Notes under the pieces: model-generated | Told to the model about the DNA's origin: nothing | What the model saw: the letters and a program-made list of their open reading frames with translations, nothing else | Database searches by the model: none | Made by a program: the position numbers and the translations under genes | Origin: a phage | Sequence record: PZ476263.1 | DNA: 64,000 nucleotides | Direction: 5' to 3' (one strand) | In this document: one piece after another, positions 56,191 through 64,000 of the stretch | How the letters are laid out: each line of letters starts with the position of its first letter | Position numbering within the stretch: position 1 is the first letter of the stretch

Positions 56191-56217
56191 AGGCCCTTTA
56201 AGGGCCTTATTTCATTG
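56191..56217 (+). terminator. rho-independent terminator
   Basis: AGGCCC-ttta-AGGGCCT hairpin followed by T-rich tract. Confidence 0.6.
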
Positions 56218-56227
56218 GAGGGAATAC

Positions 56228-56455
56228 ATGATTAATCCATATAGCTTAACAGAGTTGATCCGACTTCTGAAATCTAAGCCGCTAGGGACGGCTTATACTT
56301 ATATTGTGATGGAGGGTAAGGATTATGCAGGGGTAAGCCGATCTATCACGGCAACGGCCTCTAGGGAGGGCCTAAAGGTGAGTATTTCGCAGATCCTTAT
56401 TGTTGATCCTTCCACATGTGAGACGAAAGAAGCTGTAAAAATAATTAGAAAATAG
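56228..56455 (+). CDS. hypothetical small protein
   Basis: 75 aa, RBS GGAGGG. Confidence 0.5.
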   Translation: MINPYSLTELIRLLKSKPLGTAYTYIVMEGKDYAGVSRSITATASREGLKVSISQILIVDPSTCETKEAVKIIRK

Positions 56456-56458
56456 TAT

Positions 56459-56486
56459 TGACACTGTATTGGAATAGTGTAGAATT
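56459..56486 (+). promoter_or_regulatory. sigma70-like promoter driving ncRNA-like element copy 2
   Basis: TTGACA 56459-56464, 16 nt, TAGAAT 56481-56486. Confidence 0.55.
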
Positions 56487-56492
56487 TATTAC

Positions 56493-56569
56493 ATCAGGAC
56501 GGGGAACAAAAACAAATAGTTCCCCGTTAAGTAGCCCAGGAGTAAGGCAGACGAAAAACTCCCCTGATA
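56493..56569 (+). ncRNA. candidate small structured RNA, copy 2
   Basis: Same element as 53795-53869; perfect ACGGGGAA/TTCCCCGT stem; loop differs while stems are conserved. Confidence 0.45.
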
Positions 56570-56576
56570 AAAAGAT

Positions 56577-56604
56577 TGACAACAAATAGTAAATAAGTAC
56601 AATA
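56577..56604 (+). promoter_or_regulatory. sigma70-like promoter
   Basis: TTGACA 56577-56582, 16 nt, TACAAT 56599-56604. Confidence 0.55.
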
Positions 56605-56654
56605 AGACTTAATGAGACGGGCAAAGGTCCAAAACAACAACAAGGTAACTTATC

Positions 56655-56891
56655 ATGATTGAACAAATCAAAACTACTAAACCAAATTTTAACGGTGATG
56701 TTTCTCACTTTATTGGTGACAATGAAAGAGGAACACCCTACGCTGCGGTAACAGTTCAGCCAAATGGTGATTATTGGTTTACCTTGTACGGGTCTTATTC
56801 CTTTGGACGTTCGGCACATGAAAAGATCTTACAAGTAGTTAAGCCTACAGGAAAGAACATCACGGCAGAAAAATATTTTACTAAACATTAA
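56655..56891 (+). CDS. hypothetical small protein
   Basis: 78-aa ORF. Confidence 0.5.
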   Translation: MIEQIKTTKPNFNGDVSHFIGDNERGTPYAAVTVQPNGDYWFTLYGSYSFGRSAHEKILQVVKPTGKNITAEKYFTKH

Positions 56892-56898
56892 AAAGTAC

Positions 56899-56956
56899 TT
56901 CCAAACTAAGTTTAAAAGCGTATAATGTTTTACATCAAGAGCGGCAAGGGCCGCTC
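56899..56956 (+). promoter_or_regulatory. sigma70-like promoter plus leader hairpin
   Basis: TTCCAA (weak -35) 56899-56904, TATAAT 56921-56926, hairpin GAGCGGC-aagg-GCCGCTC 56939-56956. Confidence 0.55.
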
Positions 56957-56978
56957 ACACAAACAAAGAGAAATTATC

Positions 56979-57230
56979 ATGACTAACAAAACTAAAACTA
57001 CTAAAACTTATAACGGTCACAAAAACAAAACTCATTGGAATGTTTCCTTATGGATTAATAACGGTGAGTCATTGTATCGGCTTGCTCAAAATTGCATCGC
57101 TCAAAGTAAAACGAAAGATATTGCGGCGGAATGTATGTACCGCAGATTAAAAGCCAACGGTACTACTACAACGCCGGACGGATTCAAGTATAGCACTACG
57201 GCGATCCGTGCTGCAATGGTTGGAATGTAA
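56979..57230 (+). CDS. hypothetical small basic protein
   Basis: Start placed at ATG 56979 downstream of promoter/hairpin (track starts 56925). Confidence 0.5.
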   Translation: MTNKTKTTKTYNGHKNKTHWNVSLWINNGESLYRLAQNCIAQSKTKDIAAECMYRRLKANGTTTTPDGFKYSTTAIRAAMVGM

Positions 57231-57286
57231 CATTCAATACTGAGTTAATGGCGGGATTAGTTCCCGCCTTTGCGGAGAAATATCTA

Positions 57287-57574
57287 ATGAGCAAAGTAAT
57301 TGACTATAAAGTGTTAACTAAATCATTGTCAATCAGTGAGTGCAACGATGGTTTTTGGATGTACGATGAAACACGCGGCATGAATCTAGCTATGAAGGCT
57401 AAAACGGCTGAGGCGGCGTATGTGCAAGCCCTGGAATACTACCAGAGACGTTTAAAGGAAGTAGAAAACAATTATCAGAATCTCAAAGAGAAAGTAGATC
57501 ATTTCGTTGGTCAATTCGTTGACGATGACGAGGAAGACGGGCACTACTGCAACCGCTGCGGATCTTACAATTAA
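57287..57574 (+). CDS. hypothetical small protein
   Basis: Start placed at ATG 57287 after leader hairpin GGCGGGAttagTTCCCGCC (57250-57268); track starts 57248. Confidence 0.45.
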   Translation: MSKVIDYKVLTKSLSISECNDGFWMYDETRGMNLAMKAKTAEAAYVQALEYYQRRLKEVENNYQNLKEKVDHFVGQFVDDDEEDGHYCNRCGSYN

Positions 57575-57596
57575 ATAAATAAATAAATAAAAAAGT

Positions 57597-57658
57597 TTGA
57601 CAACGTTTTAAATTAGTGTAATATGTATCACATAGAGCGGTGGAATGGTCTACCGCTC
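57597..57658 (+). promoter_or_regulatory. sigma70-like promoter plus leader hairpin
   Basis: TTGACA 57597-57602, TAATAT 57619-57624, hairpin GAGCGGT...ACCGCTC 57635-57658. Confidence 0.6.
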
Positions 57659-57678
57659 ACAAATAAGAGATTATCAAA

Positions 57679-57858
57679 ATGACTATCATCGCAAAAACTG
57701 AAATAATCGGCCTGGATTCTATCATCATGACGTTTGAAGAACAAAAAGGTATGTATGTAGTTTCCTATAGTAATTATGTTCGGGAGTATGAAACGGTAGA
57801 CGAAGCCTTTGAAAGTTACATTCGTCAGGTGAATAAAGCATACGACGACTACCGCTAA
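57679..57858 (+). CDS. hypothetical small protein (not in ORF track)
   Basis: 59-aa ORF directly downstream of promoter/hairpin. Confidence 0.45.
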   Translation: MTIIAKTEIIGLDSIIMTFEEQKGMYVVSYSNYVREYETVDEAFESYIRQVNKAYDDYR

Positions 57859-57945
57859 AATATATTACCAGTACTATTAAAGATATTGACAATGTTTGAT
57901 AGTACTGTATGATTGATTTTATCAAGACTCCTAAAGGATCACAAA

Positions 57946-58089
57946 ATGAAAATTTGCCAATGTGGTAAAAAGTCTATCCCTGGTTTAAAACGTGGTGTTT
58001 CTCTTTGTCAGTATCATTATAATGTTAAAATATGGGGTAAACAGTGGGCCGACCAAGTGGAAGCATCAAAGAAAGTAAAAAGTAATTAA
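57946..58089 (+). CDS. hypothetical small Cys-containing protein (not in ORF track)
   Basis: 47-aa ORF MKICQCGKK...CQYHY; promoter TTGACA/TATGAT upstream. Confidence 0.35.
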   Translation: MKICQCGKKSIPGLKRGVSLCQYHYNVKIWGKQWADQVEASKKVKSN

Positions 58090-58180
58090 AATATTTAAAC
58101 AGTTGACATTGGTTTATGTGGTCGGGTACAATGACCACATAGACAAATGAAACAAACAATATAAATTAACGAGGTTTATC

Positions 58181-58492
58181 ATGATCTTTGAAGTTTTTGC
58201 GGGTATGTGTTTTTATGGTGCTGCCGCCGTTCGTCAATGCGATGATTATGTAGTTGAATCATATAATGATGTTTTAACTTGTGAGATCGTAACTAGTGAA
58301 TACTCACGGGATCGCCGTTGGATTAATCCAGCCTGTATCGACTCTCTGGAAGCTATGCCAGAAGGTCAAGAATTAACAGAAGAAGAAACAGAAGAGGTTA
58401 GAGAGGTATTATCTTACATGCTCGATAACTTAGATTCTAGTGCACTGCAAAGAATGTATGCAGTAGCACAAGAAAGCGAACTGACCAACTGA
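58181..58492 (+). CDS. hypothetical small acidic protein
   Basis: 103-aa ORF; promoter TTGACA/TACAAT with hairpin ATGTGGTC...GACCACAT over the -10. Confidence 0.5.
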   Translation: MIFEVFAGMCFYGAAAVRQCDDYVVESYNDVLTCEIVTSEYSRDRRWINPACIDSLEAMPEGQELTEEETEEVREVLSYMLDNLDSSALQRMYAVAQESELTN

Positions 58493-58519
58493 CCAAAACA
58501 GATAACAAGGTAAACAAAA

Positions 58520-58702
58520 ATGAAAGCATCAATGATGGTTGCAACTGTAAACATTATCATAGGTAACGGCACGGGACACCATGAGATCATAAAAAACAAG
58601 GCTTACAGCCTTGCAACCTTAAAGGCGGATATGCGCTTATCCCTGGGGCAAATCAAAGCTTACTTTCGTGAAGGTCATCACAAAAAGGTAGTAAATTCTT
58701 AA
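58520..58702 (+). CDS. hypothetical small protein
   Basis: 60-aa ORF. Confidence 0.45.
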   Translation: MKASMMVATVNIIIGNGTGHHEIIKNKAYSLATLKADMRLSLGQIKAYFREGHHKKVVNS

Positions 58703-58721
58703 AATATTTCTTTACTTGTGG

Positions 58722-58750
58722 GCCTATCTTCTTTAAGATAGGCTTTATCA
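58722..58750 (+). terminator. rho-independent terminator
   Basis: GCCTATCTT-cttt-AAGATAGGC hairpin followed by T-rich tract. Confidence 0.55.
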
Positions 58751-58782
58751 GTTTTAGAATACACAAACAAAGAGGGTACAAA

Positions 58783-59076
58783 ATGAAAAAGGCAAATCAA
58801 TATTTCTTCCTGAATGCCGTTAATGATCATATCGTTGTTAGCATGTTGGTTAATTCGAATCCAATGATGCTAACATTTTGTGACGAGGCATACACTTTAC
58901 CAAAACATAAAAAAGCATTTTTAAAAGTGGTTGCAACTCCAAATAAAACAGGGTATATTCTTGACTATAAGGTCACAGAAGGTCAGAAAGTGATTGCAGT
59001 CGGTGAAAGCACCGAGATCCCTAAGGATGAGATCTACGGCGTGATCGCTGGTTTTGTGAATGCAGTGTTTGAATAA
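58783..59076 (+). CDS. hypothetical small protein
   Basis: 97 aa, RBS AGAGGG. Confidence 0.5.
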   Translation: MKKANQYFFLNAVNDHIVVSMLVNSNPMMLTFCDEAYTLPKHKKAFLKVVATPNKTGYILDYKVTEGQKVIAVGESTEIPKDEIYGVIAGFVNAVFE

Positions 59077-59102
59077 TCATACAACCATAAAGAGACAAGA
59101 TC

Positions 59103-59324
59103 ATGAATAAAGTAACTGAATTTTTATATCAATCATTGGCAACTTTACTGTTTACCGTTGCAGGTATCGCCCTTATCAGTGGTGTTGGTGCAATGTTTAT
59201 CGGTTACTTCACTTTTACCGCTATTACTTTCATCGTTTGTCCTGTAATGGCATACGCCGCTACAAAAATTGTAATCTATGTGGATGATAAAATTTATCCT
59301 AAAAAGTCATTGCATACTAAGTAA
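59103..59324 (+). CDS. small membrane protein
   Basis: 73 aa, two hydrophobic helices. Confidence 0.5.
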   Translation: MNKVTEFLYQSLATLLFTVAGIALISGVGAMFIGYFTFTAITFIVCPVMAYAATKIVIYVDDKIYPKKSLHTK

Positions 59325-59387
59325 GATTAAAGTATATTACATACATTGAAGCGGTGAACGGTTCACCGCACAAAAAGAGTAAATAAA

Positions 59388-59540
59388 ATGTTTAAGTTAA
59401 TAACCTGGGAACATCAATCATCTTCACCAATCACCCGCACCTTTTTTGATCTGTGTACCGCTTATCGTTTAGCTAAAGGTGGTTACTATAAAGCCCAGAT
59501 TATTGATGAAAACAATGTAATACTGTACGAATTCAAATAA
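59388..59540 (+). CDS. hypothetical small protein (not in ORF track)
   Basis: 50-aa ORF downstream of leader hairpin GCGGTGAAC...GTTCACCGC (59349-59370). Confidence 0.4.
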   Translation: MFKLITWEHQSSSPITRTFFDLCTAYRLAKGGYYKAQIIDENNVILYEFK

Positions 59541-59742
59541 AAAACTTTAAAAAAGTAGTTGACACGAATAACAGATAGTATATAATTACTATCAACAAGA
59601 CGGGAAACAGGTTCCCCACTAAATAATCTTACAGGAGTCCGTAAAATGATGGCAATCTTCTTAATCTCTCTTCTGGTCGCTGTTTCTTCTGCAACTGCTG
59701 CCGCTGTTCTGTATGATACCCGTTACAATGAGAACTGATAAA

Positions 59743-59970
59743 ATGCTAAACATGAAAAACGTTGTCGGAAAGACTGAGACACTAAAAGCGCTTAATCCTG
59801 GTCAATCAACGGTGTGGATCTGCACTGAGGCCGGAAAGGTCGAAAGAGATATGAGATTATTTACTGCGACCGCTTGCAGATTAAAATTTAAGATTGTTCA
59901 AAGTAGCGCGATGATTGTAAAGGTAAATGATTTACCAGTAGAATCCATTATTATTACCCGTATAGAGTGA
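59743..59970 (+). CDS. hypothetical small protein
   Basis: Start uncertain (ATG 59713 or 59743); a 30-codon hydrophobic mini-ORF (59647-59738) lies upstream. Confidence 0.45.
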   Translation: MLNMKNVVGKTETLKALNPGQSTVWICTEAGKVERDMRLFTATACRLKFKIVQSSAMIVKVNDLPVESIIITRIE

Positions 59971-59982
59971 AAGAGGCCATAA

Positions 59983-60291
59983 ATGTATAAAGACTATATT
60001 TTCAACGATAAATATAACAATGTGATTGAAATCAGCGAACAATCGAAAGATGCGGCGGTAAATCGTATCGGGCAAGTTTTAGGATTATCAGCAAAGGATC
60101 TTATTCTAGTGCATGATCTTATTCTAGTGCATGAGTCTGATAATCCTGATTACCTGGCTGCAAGGGATAGCGGCTTGAATCATGAGTCTGCAATAGAGGT
60201 CGCAAATGGTGAGATATCACTAGATGACGCTCTCGGGGCAATGGATATGGTTAGCGAGTGTAATTTTATGCTTATGGAGGCTTCAAAATGA
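59983..60291 (+). CDS. hypothetical small acidic protein
   Basis: 102 aa; internal 22-bp perfect direct repeat (aggatcttattctagtgcatga twice, 60095-60138). Confidence 0.5.
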   Translation: MYKDYIFNDKYNNVIEISEQSKDAAVNRIGQVLGLSAKDLILVHDLILVHESDNPDYLAARDSGLNHESAIEVANGEISLDDALGAMDMVSECNFMLMEASK

Positions 60292-60480
60292 ATCCTAACG
60301 GCCTTGAATTTAAAGCTATTCCCAACCTTGCCGGATTGCGTAACAAATCGGCACGAAATCAAAGAAGATTGGAGAAAAAGAAGAATAATAGAAAATAATT
60401 GTTGACACCCTTCCTTAAATCCTTTAAATTGCTCCACATAGGGCGGCAATAGTGCCGCTCACTAATCTGGAGTTATCACC

Positions 60481-60882
60481 ATGACTTTTACAATCCTTTC
60501 TTATGCTGACGTAGCAAACATCGCTAAAACTTTTGGACCTCGGGCACTGGAATATGCCGTATCTAATGGTAATCTGACAAAGGAGCAATGCTACCTGATC
60601 GGCAGTTGTAAACGTTGGGCGGTATCCCGTAACATCGAGATTGAAAACGTTAATGATGGGAATATCGAGTACACTGTTGATGCCGTATTCCAATCTATTG
60701 ACCTGGGCGGTATCTATAATACCAATCTTAACGATGTTCGTATTATCCGCACTGGCTTCGGTGCTTATGATGTATCTATCCGTGAAGCTATGGACAAGGG
60801 ATACATTAGCAAGGATCAATTAGCTTACATCATGCAACAAACTAAGGAACGTAACGAAGTAAAGGCTATCTTAGGCTTGTAA
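60481..60882 (+). CDS. hypothetical protein
   Basis: 133-aa ORF downstream of promoter TTGACA plus leader hairpin GCGGCA...TGCCGC. Confidence 0.55.
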   Translation: MTFTILSYADVANIAKTFGPRALEYAVSNGNLTKEQCYLIGSCKRWAVSRNIEIENVNDGNIEYTVDAVFQSIDLGGIYNTNLNDVRIIRTGFGAYDVSIREAMDKGYISKDQLAYIMQQTKERNEVKAILGL

Positions 60883-60900
60883 TCCGGTAGTCAGCTTACA

Positions 60901-60926
60901 AGGCCCCTTCATGGGGCCTTTCTTTT
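60901..60926 (+). terminator. rho-independent terminator
   Basis: AGGCCCC-ttcat-GGGGCCT hairpin followed by TTCTTTT. Confidence 0.7.
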
Positions 60927-60969
60927 ATGTGTTGAGCAAAAATAAATTAAAAATAATTCAAAAAGACTA

Positions 60970-60997
60970 TTGACTCAACCGCAAAAAAGGGTAGAAT
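60970..60997 (+). promoter_or_regulatory. sigma70-like promoter driving long ORF-free leader
   Basis: TTGACT 60970-60975, 16 nt, TAGAAT 60992-60997. Confidence 0.55.
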
Positions 60998-61003
60998 GTA
61001 TTA

Positions 61004-61287
61004 CATCAAGACGATGAAGCAGCGATGTAAAGTAGTCGCCCTGGTGAGTAAGTTCGGTGAAGGTTAATCGACCTAAGTAACCGAAAGTTAGTAAGGATAA
61101 GGACTCTGGGATTGAATACGTCATAGACGGGCTACACTATCCAGTCAGTGAAGAGGTCGGCTGAGCAATGACCCTACGGCTTTACGAAGACCGTGCTATC
61201 CTGTGACTAACAACAAAAACAGTAAAAAGCAGTAAGAAACACAAAGTAAAGAATTTTAATCAAATCACAAAATAAAAGGTTGACATC
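61004..61287 (+). ncRNA. candidate structured RNA / long 5' leader (about 280 nt, ORF-free)
   Basis: Promoter-proximal region with no ORF over 17 codons; many local stem-forming segments; the TTGACA at 61279 is too close to the ATG to serve the downstream gene, so 61288 is probably transcribed through this leader. Confidence 0.4.
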
Positions 61288-61527
61288 ATGCAAACGATCA
61301 TTACTAAGTTTTTGGCCCCTACTAATACCCGTTGCGCTCGCATCATTGCAAAATGCTGGTTGACAAATATCACGATTGCTTATCCAGTAGCGGAGATCAA
61401 CGAAGCCCACAAAATTGCAGCTCAGCAATTGATCGTTAAGTTAAAGATGACGACGGGCAATGATTGGAATATCGTTGCAAGTGGTGAAACACCGGACGGA
61501 TCAGGTTATGCATTTATCATCAAATAA
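61288..61527 (+). CDS. hypothetical small protein
   Basis: 79 aa, RBS AAAGG. Confidence 0.5.
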   Translation: MQTIITKFLAPTNTRCARIIAKCWLTNITIAYPVAEINEAHKIAAQQLIVKLKMTTGNDWNIVASGETPDGSGYAFIIK

Positions 61528-61609
61528 GTGTTGACAAGCTAGGTAATAAATAGTAAATTGATGTTCTGGCGGCGCAACGGTGCACGGCATAGGTTAAGGA
61601 CCAATTATC

Positions 61610-61996
61610 ATGAAAACAGAAATCATTATTGAAATCATCAACGGTTATAAAGAAGCCTTTATCTTTGCTGAATCAGCCAGGGATCATGAAGGTAATTTTA
61701 TAGAGAACATGACTGATTATGAATTTTCAGATCAAGCCCAGCAACGGATCATTCGTGACGTGGCGGCTTTTTGTGATGCCAATGATGCCGCTATCTCTGA
61801 GGCAATGAGCGACGGCGCAACAGCCAACCAGATCGGGAATGATTTACATTTTACCCGTAACGGTCACGGCGTAGGCTTTTGGGATCGCCCTGAAATATAC
61901 ACCACTAACACGGCTAACCGCTTAACTAATGCGGCTAAGTTTATGCCAGATGTGACGGCTTACATTCGTGAAGATAATTTGATTTATATTGAATAA
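61610..61996 (+). CDS. hypothetical acidic protein
   Basis: 128-aa ORF; promoter TTGACA/TAAATT upstream. Confidence 0.55.
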   Translation: MKTEIIIEIINGYKEAFIFAESARDHEGNFIENMTDYEFSDQAQQRIIRDVAAFCDANDAAISEAMSDGATANQIGNDLHFTRNGHGVGFWDRPEIYTTNTANRLTNAAKFMPDVTAYIREDNLIYIE

Positions 61997-62079
61997 AAGT
62001 ATTGACACAGATCGGCATTGTGCTATGATTTACCACGTAGGGCGGCAATATCGCCGCCTCAATCAAAGGAAGTAAAACC

Positions 62080-62379
62080 ATGAATCAGACCACTTTAATT
62101 TCTTCTCTTCTTTCTTATGACGATGACCGCCTGAGCAACGGATCACTTTTTGATGCTATTACCTTTGAATCCTCAAAGATTGGTGCAAGCGTTCTTAAAT
62201 TTGCATATCTTGAAAATTACGAAATCAATCAGATTCGTTTGAACATCCTGGATAGCATTACCACTGAGGAAGGCGTAAAGGTTAGCAAGGCCGCAAGCAA
62301 GGAAGGTAAAACGTTTATCATTGTTGATTATCTCGATATCTATGGGGATAAGGCCAGTAAGTATTTTATTGCACAATAA
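62080..62379 (+). CDS. hypothetical small protein
   Basis: 99-aa ORF downstream of TTGACA/TATGAT plus leader hairpin GGCGGC...GCCGCC. Confidence 0.55.
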   Translation: MNQTTLISSLLSYDDDRLSNGSLFDAITFESSKIGASVLKFAYLENYEINQIRLNILDSITTEEGVKVSKAASKEGKTFIIVDYLDIYGDKASKYFIAQ

Positions 62380-62390
62380 AGGAAAACATC

Positions 62391-62582
62391 ATGACCGTTG
62401 ATCAAGTTAGAAAGGTTTTAGCAGCGTTGCGCTATCACAACCACAGCAAGGTAAAGAATGATCCTGATTATCTGGATTCATCATTGGAAGAGGATACCTT
62501 GCAAGCTATAAGCCATATGCAAACAATGCTTAAGCGTATGACTGAGAAAAACAGATCAGATTATATTGGCGATAAGATTTAA
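62391..62582 (+). CDS. hypothetical small protein
   Basis: 63-aa ORF. Confidence 0.45.
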   Translation: MTVDQVRKVLAALRYHNHSKVKNDPDYLDSSLEEDTLQAISHMQTMLKRMTEKNRSDYIGDKI

Positions 62583-62670
62583 AAAGTACTTGCATTGTAC
62601 TTAGAATCAAGTATAATGTTTTATATCGAGAGGGGGGAAACGGTTCTCCCTGATAATAAGGAATAAAATC

Positions 62671-62874
62671 ATGACTGCTGCTAACCGCCTGATCGCCGTC
62701 CTGAATAAAGCAAAAACTAACCTTTTAGACGTTCAAATCAAAGAACAGGCGAACGGTGAGATTCTCGCCACGGTATCCGATGGCGGTTACATATCAGAGT
62801 CATTCACTACCGATAATCTGGATCATCTTGTCTGGAAATTAGAAATTATCGTAGAGGATATGCAAATCATCTAA
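62671..62874 (+). CDS. hypothetical small protein
   Basis: 67-aa ORF downstream of TTGCAT/TATAAT plus GC hairpin. Confidence 0.5.
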   Translation: MTAANRLIAVLNKAKTNLLDVQIKEQANGEILATVSDGGYISESFTTDNLDHLVWKLEIIVEDMQII

Positions 62875-62883
62875 TCATTGCAA

Positions 62884-62907
62884 AGGCCCTTCGGGGCCTT
62901 TCTTGTT
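62884..62907 (+). terminator. rho-independent terminator ending the small-gene cluster
   Basis: AGGCCC-ttcg-GGGCCT hairpin followed by TTCTTGTT. Confidence 0.7.
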
Positions 62908-62912
62908 ATCGG

Positions 62913-62986
62913 TGTCACTCCCCCAACCTATATAAACCTTCCTATCCTATTCCTCCCATCAATCCACAACCTAACCCAACCGTTTG
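62913..62986 (+). repeat. G-depleted tract on + strand
   Basis: About 70 consecutive nt with no G (tcactcccccaacctatataaaccttcctatcc...). Confidence 0.6.
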
Positions 62987-63278
62987 GATTATCTAATCAT
63001 CAATACCTATAAAATCTTATACTATATCACAATAGCTTTTCCCTTGTCCACAATAATTATGAAAGAGAACCATTGCCAGAATATCGAGAGGGTGGCGCGA
63101 CCGTAGGGAGCGACACTATAAAACGAGTATACCCTCCTACCGCTATGCGGTCATCGGTGATAACCGATATCGTTACACGCTATCTGTTCTCTTCGTTTCC
63201 TCGTTTTATAGTGTCTATCAGTTAAACAAAATTAGTCTTTGTCAATTATTATTTCACTTATTCCCAAAATAAATTGGC

Positions 63279-63362
63279 TGTAGTTACTATTGAATGTAGC
63301 AATAGTTCAAATGATTGTAGTAATAGTTCAACTGAATGTAGTAATAGTTAAAATGATTGTAT
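63279..63362. repeat. tandem 21-bp direct repeats (about 3.5 copies)
   Basis: tgaatgtagcaatagttcaaa / tgattgtagtaatagttcaac / tgaatgtagtaatagttaaaa / tgattgtat. Confidence 0.7.
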
Positions 63363-64000
63363 ATTCACTTTATTTGAATATGTAATCAATAGGGTTGCTT
63401 ATACCATAGATGATTAGTAGTGTCAACAGGTAATTATTGTTCGCAAAGAGATAGAGATTGTTTATTCTTTGTCCACAATGAAGGTCGTAAGGGCACTTAT
63501 AGCATGGTTTTCTTTACCTTTGCTTGATAAAGCACGCTTCTCTCTTCTTGTCAAATAAAAATTTATTTTTTCTTTCTTGCCAGAATATCGAGGGTGACTT
63601 GCCCCAATGTTGGGAGGGCCGTCGGTCGTGGAATCTATCAAGTTGGAATGATTCGACCTGCAACCTTTATTGTTGGGATAGTCACGTCTGTAATCGTCCC
63701 AAACCAGGCGGGGCGCGGAGTAGGGGAGTAGTCGGGTCGTCAGTCAATCCATTTTGGCAACTGGTCCGGCTTAGTGCGTATAAGTTGTATTATGTTAAAT
63801 GCAGATCGAAATCGGTATTCTAAATCAGATTCAGAAGTCAATAGAAATCTTTAACTTTATTGTTGGAAGGGCACAACATTTTTCTTGACAAGTCGAATCA
63901 AAGATGTATTGTGGATTGAAAATAAATGAAGATAATGCTTGACTTCTTGGATATTTTGAAAACATCGGACCCCCCTCCCCCTCCCCCGAGAGCGGCGTGC

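Noticed and set aside
52887-62670. Possible CRISPR array, because of recurring GC-rich palindromic motifs
   Set aside because: The motifs are hairpins of variable sequence at irregular spacing, each after a -35/-10 promoter and before a protein-coding ORF; there are no identical direct repeats with spacers.
63524-63823. 99-aa + strand ORF in the terminal repeat region
   Set aside because: It lies in repeat-rich, G-poor non-coding sequence with no RBS, an odd Cys/Trp-rich composition and no neighbouring gene context; likely spurious.
1-64000. tRNA genes
   Set aside because: The only T-loop-like GTTCGAATC or GTTCAAATC strings lie inside protein-coding ORFs with no cloverleaf context; none called, though a dedicated tRNA scan was not run.

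Overview
This window looks like part of a virulent tailed-phage genome (about 38% GC, no integrase), organised in three blocks. Block 1 (1-12.7 kb, + strand) is a late structural module: baseplate-like genes and three tail-fibre genes, one carrying a tail-collar motif and Ig-like repeats. Block 2 (12.7-43.4 kb, - strand) is an early/replication block: an SSB-like protein, a T7 gp4-like primase-helicase, a Dda-like helicase, and a T7-like family-A DNA polymerase whose gene is interrupted by a group I intron carrying a GIY-YIG homing endonuclease. It also holds a tandem array of 11 diverged small paralogues, a short C5-methyltransferase-like gene, and a SleB-type cell-wall hydrolase broken by a frameshift in a G5 tract. 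Block 3 (43.5-62.9 kb, + strand) starts with a RelA/SpoT-HD small alarmone hydrolase and a MoxR-type AAA+ ATPase plus VWA partner, followed by about 30 small genes, most with their own sigma70-like promoter and a conserved GC hairpin at the transcript 5' end. Non-coding highlights are a promoter-driven structured element present in two copies, a promoter-driven ~280-nt ORF-free leader, iteron-like repeats near 51.3 kb, and a repeat-rich, G-depleted region at 62.9-64.0 kb. All functional calls rest on motifs read by eye and recalled family signatures; no database search was run.
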